Shown here: positions 19,071-28,582 of the stretch, piece after piece
How positions within the stretch are numbered: position 1 is the stretch's first letter
How the letters are laid out: every line of letters begins with the position of its first letter
Source: Acholeplasmataceae bacterium
GTDB lineage: Bacteria; Bacillota_I; Bacilli_A; Acholeplasmatales; Acholeplasmataceae
Length of the DNA stretch: 64,000 nucleotides
Reading direction: 5' to 3'
Assembly (NCBI GenBank): GCA_963675245.1
Contig: OY775910.1
Span: 128,001 to 192,000 of the forward strand
Program-made: the position numbers and the translations under genes
Notes under the pieces: model-generated
Databases searched by the model: none
What the model was told of the DNA's origin: nothing
Seen by the model: the letters and a program-made list of their open reading frames with translations, nothing else

Positions 19071-19283
19071 ATGCACAAACTTAAGAAAATCCGTACTGAT
19101 AAGGGTTTATCACAAACCCAGGTTGCTAAGATTCTAGGTGTTGATAGAAGCTCAATATCTAACTATGAGAGAGGGACAAGGAAACTTGATCAAGATCAAA
19201 TAGTTGCATTAGTTAAAGCTTTAAATACAACAGCAGATTACTTCCTAGGACTATCAGAAACTAATGAAAAAGGACAAAAATGA
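19071..19283 (+). CDS. XRE-family HTH repressor, copy 3
   Basis: Protein identical to copy 2. Confidence 0.92.
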   Translation: MHKLKKIRTDKGLSQTQVAKILGVDRSSISNYERGTRKLDQDQIVALVKALNTTADYFLGLSETNEKGQK

Positions 19284-19383
19284 AAATTTGTCCTTTTTTC
19301 TTGATTGTCATTTATAATCAAATAATACCAATTTAAATTAAAATGTTAAAAGTTGAATCACATTAAAAACTAAACACTAATAT

Positions 19384-20175
19384 TTAACTTATTGAATAAT
19401 CTTGATCAAGTGGATCAATCGTATAAAAAACCAATTGATTTCTCAAAATTTCAAAACGAGGATTCAGTATACGATTAGTCGAATCCCAAGAAACTTGAAC
19501 AGACACTGAGCCATATGGATTGTTCTCAAATGAAGTCGAAATTTCTACTAATTGGCTTTGTGTATACAGCTCCGAAATATGTATTCTGAATGATGATATA
19601 TTCGTTAAAAATTGACCGCTATCAAAACTTCGAGAAATTAAAAAATCTGAATCTCCAAACAACTCAATTTCATTTGTTTGAACATCTCTAAACGTCTGGC
19701 TTATAATTGTAAATAGAGAATCAAACATCAATATATCCCCTGTCTGATTAAGATCATTTTTTACATAGTTTACAATATCAATTAGATTATCTTCATTCAA
19801 TGTAGAACTGTTTGTAGTTATATTATCTTCATATTTATTAAGTTGCAAAGTTTGTCTATCAAATATGTATTGATATTTTTGATTGTTGTAATAGTCATAT
19901 AATGTCATATCATCAGTCATCAAATATGCAAAAGATCTTTCTTCTTTAACTAAGATATAGTGTTCATTATTCGTTGTCATCGTATAATATACCCAAGAAG
20001 AATTCGACGATAAATAAACACTATAGATGTCTCCATCAATTTCCACAATATTCGAAATATTTTCGACCGTTAAATTTTGAAAAAAATCTATAAATTCCTT
20101 TTTATCAGATTGGTTGCATCCAAACGATGTTAAAAGTAAAAAGATTAATATCATCGATAATAAGATTTTTTTCAT
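19384..20175 (-). CDS. Lipoprotein
   Basis: Signal peptide II LTSFGC; AGGAGG RBS. Confidence 0.8.
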   Translation of the reverse strand: MKKILLSMILIFLLLTSFGCNQSDKKEFIDFFQNLTVENISNIVEIDGDIYSVYLSSNSSWVYYTMTTNNEHYILVKEERSFAYLMTDDMTLYDYYNNQKYQYIFDRQTLQLNKYEDNITTNSSTLNEDNLIDIVNYVKNDLNQTGDILMFDSLFTIISQTFRDVQTNEIELFGDSDFLISRSFDSGQFLTNISSFRIHISELYTQSQLVEISTSFENNPYGSVSVQVSWDSTNRILNPRFEILRNQLVFYTIDPLDQDYSIS

Positions 20176-20201
20176 TTAATAACCTCCTTTTTGAATTGTG
20201 T

Positions 20202-21338
20202 TTATACTACTAGATTTTCAAATGGCGGTTTCCAAATTTCCCACCACTTAGCTCCTGTTGTTTTTTGGATGTTATATATACCATGTCTATATTGTGATTG
20301 TACAAAATAAAAAGATGGTGTCCCGGATTTTTTACTACCTATAACCCCTAAATTGTGATAATAATTTTCTGTCCAATGAGAAATAATATCATAATTTGTT
20401 TTGAATATCCACCAAGCATCTGATTGAGCGCTACCAATAATCATTGCATAATGTGCGGTTTCGACGACATCTAAACTATAATATAATCCAATTGCAGGAC
20501 CATTGTAATTTGGGCCAAAATAACCTTCAGAATTGACAAAATAGTCATCCGATAAATATCCATGAATTCCAGACACTATTTCACCTGGCCATATACCATA
20601 AAAAGTACTTACTAAATAGTCACGTCCAGCTGTAGTCCAATTCATTAATGAACGCATCGTATCCCGTTCAGTATTACTATTCATACTTTTTGTTAATCCA
20701 CTTTCGCCGGAAAACTGAAAAGTATACAAGATGTTCACTGCTGCTTGTGCACCACAATCCATGTATGCACCTTGAGTTCTAGTATAAATTTGATAACTAC
20801 CATAACTACCATTATCCATTCTTAAATCATCTGCAATTGAATATGTTACTTTAAAATTAGTTAGTGCATTCGTATTTGTGCTAGTAAGCTGAATATAAAT
20901 ATTATCATAAAACCAACTTTGTCCATCTATTTGATCTAAATAAGGTGCACCGAATGAATTAGGAATAAATCTTTCATTGTCTTTAATATAATAATGATTC
21001 CCTATCAAGTAATTTGTATCTCTAGCTACATAAAAAGGTAAATTCCCCTCTGTTTTTATTTCATAAATATTTAAGTCTAGTCCTACAGTTAAGTATCCCT
21101 GGTCAAACTGAATCAGAAACGCCTTCAATTCATCATGTTCATCGTATAAGTCATAATAATCAACATATGTATTTACATCCCATACTTGACCAAACTCTTT
21201 ATAATACTCCTCCCTTAAAATTGGAATATTCTCATTAATAAAATTTACAAGTTCAGCTTCGTTATCAATATTCACTATACCACTAAAACCGATTGTTGTG
21301 AATAGAGATAAAATAACAATTAAAAATTTGTTCAACAT
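20202..21338 (-). CDS. Secreted papain-fold (C39/C10-like) cysteine peptidase
   Basis: Signal peptide MLNKFLIV after AGGAG; Q..DCGAQA and AHYAMIIG motifs. Confidence 0.6.
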   Translation of the reverse strand: MLNKFLIVILSLFTTIGFSGIVNIDNEAELVNFINENIPILREEYYKEFGQVWDVNTYVDYYDLYDEHDELKAFLIQFDQGYLTVGLDLNIYEIKTEGNLPFYVARDTNYLIGNHYYIKDNERFIPNSFGAPYLDQIDGQSWFYDNIYIQLTSTNTNALTNFKVTYSIADDLRMDNGSYGSYQIYTRTQGAYMDCGAQAAVNILYTFQFSGESGLTKSMNSNTERDTMRSLMNWTTAGRDYLVSTFYGIWPGEIVSGIHGYLSDDYFVNSEGYFGPNYNGPAIGLYYSLDVVETAHYAMIIGSAQSDAWWIFKTNYDIISHWTENYYHNLGVIGSKKSGTPSFYFVQSQYRHGIYNIQKTTGAKWWEIWKPPFENLVV

Positions 21339-21498
21339 TTTTCTTCTCCTTTTTCTATTATTCAAATACAAAAAAGCTTACAACGTAAGCACCCCCAAGA
21401 TGTCATGTATCTCTATAATGTAATTATAACATCAGTATGTAGTTATAAAACACAACATATATGTCAATAATTTAATGCAATTTAAACAAATGAAATAC

Positions 21499-21547
21499 CT
21501 GACTCTTAATCAGTGGGTCTACGGTTCGATCCCGTAAGGGGGTACCA
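21499..21547 (+). repeat. att repeat 4 (tRNA-Lys 3' half)
   Basis: CTGACTCTTAATCAG...GGTACCA, followed by hairpin AAGACTTCA/TGAAGTTTT and a T run. Confidence 0.92.
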
Positions 21548-21657
21548 TTTGATAATTAAAAGACTTCATTTTGAAGTTTTTTTTGTTTCACAAATCTCTT
21601 AGTATACCTATTTAGATCAATTCACTTGCTTTGCTAATAAGAAAGGAGCATTTTAAA

Positions 21658-21865
21658 ATGCACAGGCTAAAGAAAATTCGTAGTGATAAGGGTTTATCAC
21701 AAACCCAGGTAGCTAAGATTCTAGGTGTAGATCGCTTTCATTTCCAACTATGAACGATGAAATAGAAAGCTTAATTAAGATCAAATCGTTGAATTCGTGA
21801 AAGCTTTGAACACATCTACTGATTACTTCTTGGGATTGTTGTAAACCGAAGAAAAAGGACAATAT
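21658..21865 (+). pseudogene. Degenerate XRE repressor, copy 4
   Basis: Same RBS, MHRLKKIRSDKGLSQTQVAKILGVDR, then frameshift and stop codons. Confidence 0.85.
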
Positions 21866-21954
21866 TTCTCATTTTTGTCCTTTTTCTTAATCATGCATTT
21901 CTCTAATGTGTCCTTTTTTCTTGATTTTTTATAACATGAATAATATTAATTTAT

Positions 21955-22380
21955 TTACTCGTTATCATAGAACTTAACATTCCAGATTCTGAAGTTAATC
22001 GTATTAGAAGAACTGTCTTCTTTTATTGCATCAAATGATTCATTAAAGACAATTCTAATGGTTGAGTTTTCACTTAGATTTGTCGTAAGAATTGTTTCAA
22101 TTTCATTAATATAAACTTGATATGAAGCATCATCTTTAATATTATTTAAACAAACAAAATCTATTGTTGAATATGTGCTTTGTATGTAATCCATGTCATG
22201 AATGTTCAAAGTGAACAAATAAACGACAGAATCCGTATTATGCATAGCATTTTCAAATGTTAAATCGTAATTGCCTTGTTCATATGTAGATCCTAATCCA
22301 TAGACTTCCATCGGTGTTTCGCATGCTGTAAATAACAGCGACACTACTAGTATAATTGATATTATAGCTAATTTTCTCAT
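21955..22380 (-). CDS. Lipoprotein
   Basis: Lipobox LFTAC; AAAGGTG RBS. Confidence 0.8.
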   Translation of the reverse strand: MRKLAIISIILVVSLLFTACETPMEVYGLGSTYEQGNYDLTFENAMHNTDSVVYLFTLNIHDMDYIQSTYSTIDFVCLNNIKDDASYQVYINEIETILTTNLSENSTIRIVFNESFDAIKEDSSSNTINFRIWNVKFYDNE

Positions 22381-22394
22381 ATTCTATCACCTTT

Positions 22395-23621
22395 CTAATA
22401 ATACATGAAAGCAGCAAAACCAATATATACATTCAAATCCATATATCTCATATAAGTAACCCATCCATCAGACAGTCTTATTAAATAAACATAATCGTAT
22501 TCAGTCCACCATAATACTTGTCTAGCTTTTCTGTAAGTTTTGTATCCAAATACTGCCATTGTATGAGCACCCTATGTATTTGTTGAAGTACTCCACATAA
22601 GTGGCTTATCATCATCGAGATATTGTTTATAGTTAAATGCTCCCCATAAAACATCCTCTCTGAAATTTATATCATAACCATACTCATCCATCGTCATTTC
22701 AATAATTCCAGAAGATTGACCAATTGTGAAAGATTCTACTCTGCCATATTGATCGTAAGTATTTGTTCTTGCACTGATATATAATTCAGGAAAATCAGTT
22801 AAATCCGAATTAAGTTGATACTCTGAACTTTCTATCATTTTCTCATAGTGTACATCCCATTCATGATAAATAGGATTATATGTTACACGGTCTGCATAAT
22901 CTGGTAGATTTGAATATGCTGATTTAGTTGAAAAATAGTTCATTACGTTAAAAGGTGCAACTAAACCACAATTACCTTCTGAATATCGTAGATTATCTTC
23001 ATAACGCCAGTATACACTTAAATCAAACATATCATGACTAGTTGAATAGCTTAGATAATGATATTGATATAATGAGTAACCAGATCCATATCTATCAGCA
23101 ACGTATGTAGCTGTAGATACAATTCCACCTGCGCCATCAAGTTCTTGTCCCTCATAAGGATCACTTAAAAGTGTGTTATCAAAATCATTTTCATTGCTGT
23201 TTATTGGTACTAGTTGACCTTCAATCAGAAAGTGATAACCAGACAAAGGTAGATAGTAAATTTGTACATCAAATTCAGTTAGATTCTCTAATGGTGAAGG
23301 TCCTGTGATTTCATAATCATAAATCGCTGCCTCATCCCCAATTAGTAAGTAGCCATTGTCATCATTAAAATCCAACAAAACACCTTCATTTTTTTCATTC
23401 ATATCATCAATAACAATTTGATAGCTTTTATCTACTGAAGTAAGCGAATCATTGAAGCCTAATTCAACAAACAACTCTTTAACAGTATCTATATGAGATT
23501 CAATATATTCTGCTGTCTCATACGATGAATCAACATTGCATGGAATTTTTGAATCTTGAGAAGCAATTCCACCCCAAAGCGAAAAACTAGCTAAAATCGC
23601 AATTAGAATTTTGCTATAAAT
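22395..23621 (-). pseudogene. Secreted cysteine peptidase interrupted by an in-frame TAG
   Basis: GNCGLVA motif; TAG at 22572-22574, frame continues GAHTMAVFGY...SDGW...YY to stop at 22395; ATT where ATG is expected after AAAGGGGG. Confidence 0.7.
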
Positions 23622-23761
23622 AAACGCCCCCTTTATTATTTTTTTATTATGATTACCCCATCGTGTTTTCGATTTAATATTACTTCTTTTAATTTCAAAT
23701 GTCAAATACACTTTATAATTCCTAAATTGTTAATATAACGTAAATAAAATTGAGAAACTAT

Positions 23762-23809
23762 TGACTCTTAATCAGTGGGTCTATGGTTCGATCCCGTAAG
23801 GGAGTACCA
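23762..23809 (+). repeat. att repeat 5 (degenerate tRNA-Lys 3' half)
   Basis: Two substitutions (CTATGG, GGAGT) versus the other copies; no XRE follows. Confidence 0.88.
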
Positions 23810-24139
23810 TTTATAATAATTAACGACTTCAATTGAAATCTTTTATTTTAAGTTTATTGATGTTCCGTCATGATGTGTTAGTAAAGATTTCTGAACGTAT
23901 CACAAATTGATCATGTCTAAAGGATAACTCATATTTTCTATTCCAATACCTATATGAATTTCTATTATGATATCTTCATCCAACTGATATGGTTCTGTTT
24001 AAAAGATCGGAGGTACTTGTTTATTTATGCAGGATATTAAGAATGACGATACCCCTCCAATTAGTAATCAATTATCGAATACTTCATATTTATTGCCTCC
24101 ACATTTATTCCGTTTCAAAGTCATCGTAATAAAAAGTGA

Positions 24140-24706
24140 CTATTTATTGACTAATCTGATGGATGTGTCTTGAATTGCATAGTTAATAATCTGATAAGTT
24201 GAAAATCCAAGTCGAATATCATCATCTATATTTGTATATACACCAAAACCTAAATCAATCATATCCGAGTTTTGATTAAAAAGGATTTCTGGCAAAATAA
24301 TTTCAATCATATACTCATAAAAAACGATATATGAATCATCCTTATTATATACACGTTCATATTCAAATGTATCTCTCTCATAATCATCAACATTAAATGT
24401 GTACAATTCAATATCTTCTGTATTGTTGCCATTATTTGCAAAAATAACTATTGATGATCGCTCATCAATTGAACTTCTAATGGCTTGATTTGGAATTCCT
24501 ATATAAAATGAAACAGTAATATCACCTATACCAAATTCTGAATCTTGAAATCGATAAGCGCAATATACTTCTTGCATTGGTTCATCTTCACCTGTATCAA
24601 TATATAAAAAGCCTTTTGCTCTTACATCTGTTTGCTCATTGTTACTACATGCCGTTAGAAATAAAACAAATATAGAAACAAAGATAATTCGTTTAATCTT
24701 TAACAT
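24140..24706 (-). CDS. Lipoprotein
   Basis: Lipobox FLTAC; AAAGGAG RBS. Confidence 0.8.
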   Translation of the reverse strand: MLKIKRIIFVSIFVLFLTACSNNEQTDVRAKGFLYIDTGEDEPMQEVYCAYRFQDSEFGIGDITVSFYIGIPNQAIRSSIDERSSIVIFANNGNNTEDIELYTFNVDDYERDTFEYERVYNKDDSYIVFYEYMIEIILPEILFNQNSDMIDLGFGVYTNIDDDIRLGFSTYQIINYAIQDTSIRLVNK

Positions 24707-24756
24707 ATGACTCCTTTGTTTGCATAAAATGCATGTTAATTTTTATTTACATTTCA

Positions 24757-25113
24757 TCAACGATATTTCTGTGCGTTGATACCGATTTCAATGAGGTCAT
24801 CAGCAGTATATAGATGTAATAGATTTCCGGCTTGCAGGTCATAATATTTATCTTTGTAGTAAACAAGGTAGTTATTAATATGATAAGCACCTATTGCATA
24901 CATTTCATTATTATCATCAAAAATAATAACTGCAATTGATGGATAGATGATATCTTCGTTGATATCTGTTCTTTTTAAAATCGTAAAGTTAGATCCTTCA
25001 TAAAACAAACTAAATAGTTCCGGTTCAGGATTTTCTAGTGGTTTCACACTTTGGCAAGCATACAACGTAACAGATACTAAAGTAATCATTAATACATATA
25101 ATATTGACTTCAT
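24757..25113 (-). CDS. Lipoprotein
   Basis: MKSIL start after AAGGAG; lipobox LYAC. Confidence 0.75.
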   Translation of the reverse strand: MKSILYVLMITLVSVTLYACQSVKPLENPEPELFSLFYEGSNFTILKRTDINEDIIYPSIAVIIFDDNNEMYAIGAYHINNYLVYYKDKYYDLQAGNLLHLYTADDLIEIGINAQKYR

Positions 25114-25506
25114 GATATCTCTCCTTATATAAATCACTACATTGTAGATTCATCAATTATTTCTACTGTTCCTACTAATTGATTTTCTAACAAAAACAAT
25201 AGTTTATCATCATGTCTCTTGGCTGACTGAATCATCAATTGATTGGATGTCTTTATATCTCAAGATAGATAGAAAATTTTCATAACAATTGGAATCTGTA
25301 CGCTCTTTAGTATCATCACTACTGGGACATCCACACAAAATAACTACCAAAAAAAGCTGAAATAATGATCAATAAGACTAATTTTATTTGATGATGACTC
25401 ATATGATCAACCCCCAATCATAATGTGAATCATATGCTGCTTTATTTACACTTATTATATCACTAAAGTATGCAAAAAATAAAAGACCTTTAAAAGTCTT
25501 TCATTG

Positions 25507-26001
25507 TTATATGTATCTTTGACATACAATAAGTGTCTTTGTTTCCATAAAATATACCATGTAAAGATTTCTTAACGAATGAAAATCTTTATCTTCACCT
25601 TTATATGTCAGATAGTCGCCATCACTGATTATATACAAGTTAATCCATTGATACTCATTTTCCCAATTTGGCATATAAGGAGCAGGGATATCAAAATCAT
25701 TTGTATCTTCAATCGTGTCATTTAAAATCGTTTGAAACGTTTCGTTTGGTGCTACTTCAAACCCAATATCTAAAAGAAATTCTGTTGGTTCCTCATCGAA
25801 GACTAATACAGCATATCTCGTACCATCTCTTCCAAATTCTGTTTCCTCAAATGAAAGATGATAATCTTTTGGTAATGTGATATCCCAAATCGTATTTAGT
25901 GCATATGAATAGGTCATCTCTGCTGGTAATAACCGTATGACACCGACGCCGATTAATAGTAAAACAGGGATGACGAATATGAGTGCTAATTTAAGTTTCA
26001 T
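25507..26001 (-). CDS. N-terminally anchored hypothetical protein
   Basis: MKLKL start after GGAGGGG; N-terminal TM. Confidence 0.7.
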   Translation of the reverse strand: MKLKLALIFVIPVLLLIGVGVIRLLPAEMTYSYALNTIWDITLPKDYHLSFEETEFGRDGTRYAVLVFDEEPTEFLLDIGFEVAPNETFQTILNDTIEDTNDFDIPAPYMPNWENEYQWINLYIISDGDYLTYKGEDKDFHSLRNLYMVYFMETKTLIVCQRYI

Positions 26002-26133
26002 GTTGTGCTTTCCCCTCCAATAATGATTATATTCATTATACATTGTGATACATGTCTTTTCAATACATACTGAACATGATATTTTTTAAAGCTGTCATTA
26101 TTGATATATACTTATATTAAGGGAGTGATAACG

Positions 26134-26997
26134 ATGACGATAAAACACTATCCAGCTGATAGAAGTTATTCAGCATTGTTTGAAGAAGTCAGACAGTTTA
26201 TTTTACGGTTAAACGAAAACCATACGTATGATATTTATCATTGGTCAAGATGGGAATGGTATTTTGCCAGACATAGTTTTAGAACTGAAGATCTTCAAAA
26301 GATGTTGTTATTTTATGAAGATCAAAAACTTCAAGGTGTACTCATGCTTGAAGATGAACCTAACATCTACTATTATTTAGCAACCAGTAAAGCAGTGAAA
26401 GCACAAATTGTGAGAGAATTAAATCATATGCCAGATGCGACGCTTATGATTGAAGAATCAGATTTAGATATGCGTGCATTAATCGCTTTATCTAATTGGG
26501 AAGAAACCGACTATATCGAACATATGGCAAAACTCACCAAAGACCATATACCTTATCAATTACCTGAAGGGTACGAACTCTTATGTATCAGAGATGACTA
26601 TGATGTCAAAAAACATCATGCATGTCTTTGGAAAGGTTTTGATCATGGTGGTGACATACCAATGAGTGATGAGCATCTTATGTATCGTGAAAGACAAGTT
26701 TCTTCTCCTCACTTTAAAAAAAGATATGCGTATGCTGCTACTTATCAAGATGAGTATGTCGCATGGACAAGTATTTGGTATCAAGAAGGTACGGATATCG
26801 CGATGATTGAACCAGTTTGTACAGTACCTGAACATCGTCGAAAAGGATTAGCTTCTGCGACAATTTCTAAATGTGTGGATGCTGCTATAAGAGATGGAGC
26901 AAAACAGATCATTGTTGGTTCAAATAAGAAACTATATTTATCTTTAGGCTTTGAAGTCTATAAGTATGCCAGAGTATACAAACAAGCCGGTAAATAA
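26134..26997 (+). CDS. GNAT-family acetyltransferase
   Basis: EPVCTVPEHRRKGLA acetyl-CoA motif, LYLSLGF. Confidence 0.85.
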   Translation: MTIKHYPADRSYSALFEEVRQFILRLNENHTYDIYHWSRWEWYFARHSFRTEDLQKMLLFYEDQKLQGVLMLEDEPNIYYYLATSKAVKAQIVRELNHMPDATLMIEESDLDMRALIALSNWEETDYIEHMAKLTKDHIPYQLPEGYELLCIRDDYDVKKHHACLWKGFDHGGDIPMSDEHLMYRERQVSSPHFKKRYAYAATYQDEYVAWTSIWYQEGTDIAMIEPVCTVPEHRRKGLASATISKCVDAAIRDGAKQIIVGSNKKLYLSLGFEVYKYARVYKQAGK

Positions 26998-27156
26998 CTA
27001 TTTGTGTGTTATCATATGAGACAGAGGTGACTAACTATTAAAAGTCAAGTACTTTTAGTAGATAAACTGTAAAAACCTCCAATAGCCATAATTTTTAGAG
27101 GTTAGCCATATAACTGGATGATTTTATGACTTAACCGCCACAGTTTAAGGAATCAA

Positions 27157-28317
27157 TTATTGTAGTTTAGAGGAATCAAAATCTTCCTGATGTGTTTCGA
27201 GATGATGAATGACTCTAATGAGTTTTTTTGAAAGATGAACCAGTGCGACACGATGATGTTTACCCTCTTGTTTCTTCTTGGTGTAGTAGTCGTAGAAGAC
27301 GGGGTTATAGATCATAACCATCATTGAGATATTGATGAGTGTTGCTCTTAGGTACTTGCTGCCACGTTTAACCAGTTTACCTGTTGAAGACATGGTGCCA
27401 GACTGTCTGATGGTTGAATCCAGACCTGCATAGGATAACATTTCAGCGGGATTGGAGAAAAGTGAAATATCACCATATTCTGAAACGATGACAGCTGCTG
27501 AAATGATTCCGATACCTTTAATGGTTTGAATCTTAGTTGGATATCGATGCATTAAAGAAATGATCTGTTTCTCAGTTTCTTCGATATCTTGATTGAGTTT
27601 CTCAACATAAGAAATTGAAGTCTTAAGTTTGAATAGTTGATGATCTTGTGTCACACCAATGGTTGATTTTGCGAGTTCCTTCAGTTTAACAAACTTCGGA
27701 TAATTGAATTTACCCATCGATCGTTTACGAAGCTTATCGAAGTGGTCATCAGTCATCCTTGCTATTTTATCCGGTGATGAAAAGCGCTTCAAGATGTATA
27801 AAGATGTATCACTATAGCCTTGTTCTTGCATAAAAGGTTTGAATTCAGGAAAGATGACATCTAAGACCTTGGTCATCATATTGTAGTGTTTCGTCCGAAT
27901 TGAGATGAGTTTAAAACGTAACCTGGTCAGTGATTTTAAAGCACTTATATGATAAGATTGATGATGATAGGCTTTGTAGTCTACAGATCTCATATAAGTT
28001 GAAATCATTTGTGCATCTTTCTTATCCGTCTTTGTTTTTCTCAGTGAATGGGCTTCTCCAAACTTCTTCACGAGAAAAGGATTAATCTCCATGAATGAAT
28101 ATCCATGGAGGATAAGAAATGACTTAAGGTTTTCTCCATAATGACCTGTGGCCTCTAAGCCTATTATCATTTCTTGCTTGACTAAAGAGTTAAAGTATCC
28201 TAATAGTTCTTTAAACCCAGACTGACTGTTCTCAAATGAGAACTGATGGCTAACTGTTTCGGTGGCGATGAAACAGTCATGCTTGTACTTTGAAATATCG
28301 ATGCCGATATAGATCAT
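27157..28317 (-). CDS. IS110-family recombinase/transposase
   Basis: IGIDISK, EATG, KTDKKDA, IKGIG, YAGL..QSG. Confidence 0.95.
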   Translation of the reverse strand: MIYIGIDISKYKHDCFIATETVSHQFSFENSQSGFKELLGYFNSLVKQEMIIGLEATGHYGENLKSFLILHGYSFMEINPFLVKKFGEAHSLRKTKTDKKDAQMISTYMRSVDYKAYHHQSYHISALKSLTRLRFKLISIRTKHYNMMTKVLDVIFPEFKPFMQEQGYSDTSLYILKRFSSPDKIARMTDDHFDKLRKRSMGKFNYPKFVKLKELAKSTIGVTQDHQLFKLKTSISYVEKLNQDIEETEKQIISLMHRYPTKIQTIKGIGIISAAVIVSEYGDISLFSNPAEMLSYAGLDSTIRQSGTMSSTGKLVKRGSKYLRATLINISMMVMIYNPVFYDYYTKKKQEGKHHRVALVHLSKKLIRVIHHLETHQEDFDSSKLQ

Positions 28318-28339
28318 AAGTACACCTCCAAGAATTAAA

Positions 28340-28562
28340 TTTGTACGTGTGGTAAGTCCAGCAGCGTCTTTATCTCATAATCATGTAAAAAGCGTCTTCC
28401 GCTAACTAACTATTGCTGATTAAAATAAAGACCGTGGTAAGCGTCACCTCAAAATAGTCTAGGTTATAAAAATATGACACAGATCCACAGTACATTATTA
28501 GTATATTAAATTAGAACGAAAGGAGTAAAGATTTAAAGACTTAAGTAACTAACTTAATACAC
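28340..28562 (-). ncRNA. Putative IS110 bridge RNA
   Basis: Segments matching the circle junction (28405-28414, 28381-28388) and the empty target (28472-28477, 28443-28450) within closing stems. Confidence 0.7.
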
Positions 28563-28582
28563 TTTAAATCTTACATGACTAT

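Larger units (their letters stand above)
11187..23809. mobile_element. Tandem array of four att-bounded XRE+cargo cassettes
   Basis: Five tRNA-3' repeats, four XRE copies, unrelated minus-strand cargo. Confidence 0.85.
27028..28581 (-). mobile_element. IS110-family element
   Basis: DEDD transposase, no terminal IRs, TGACTA at both ends (27028-27033, 28576-28581). Confidence 0.85.

Noticed and set aside
22572..22574. Programmed TAG read-through or recoding
   Set aside because: Same cassette has other lesions and TAG ends normal genes in this window; simple decay is more likely
11187..23809. Five intact tRNA-Lys genes
   Set aside because: Each copy begins at the anticodon arm; no acceptor 5' strand or D-arm precedes any of them
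11187..23809. CRISPR array
   Set aside because: Repeats are tRNA-derived and separated by kilobases of genes; no cas genes seen
23860..24125. Possible gene after att5
   Set aside because: GGAGG plus ATG is present on the minus strand, but stops follow within a few codons; unidentifiable remnant
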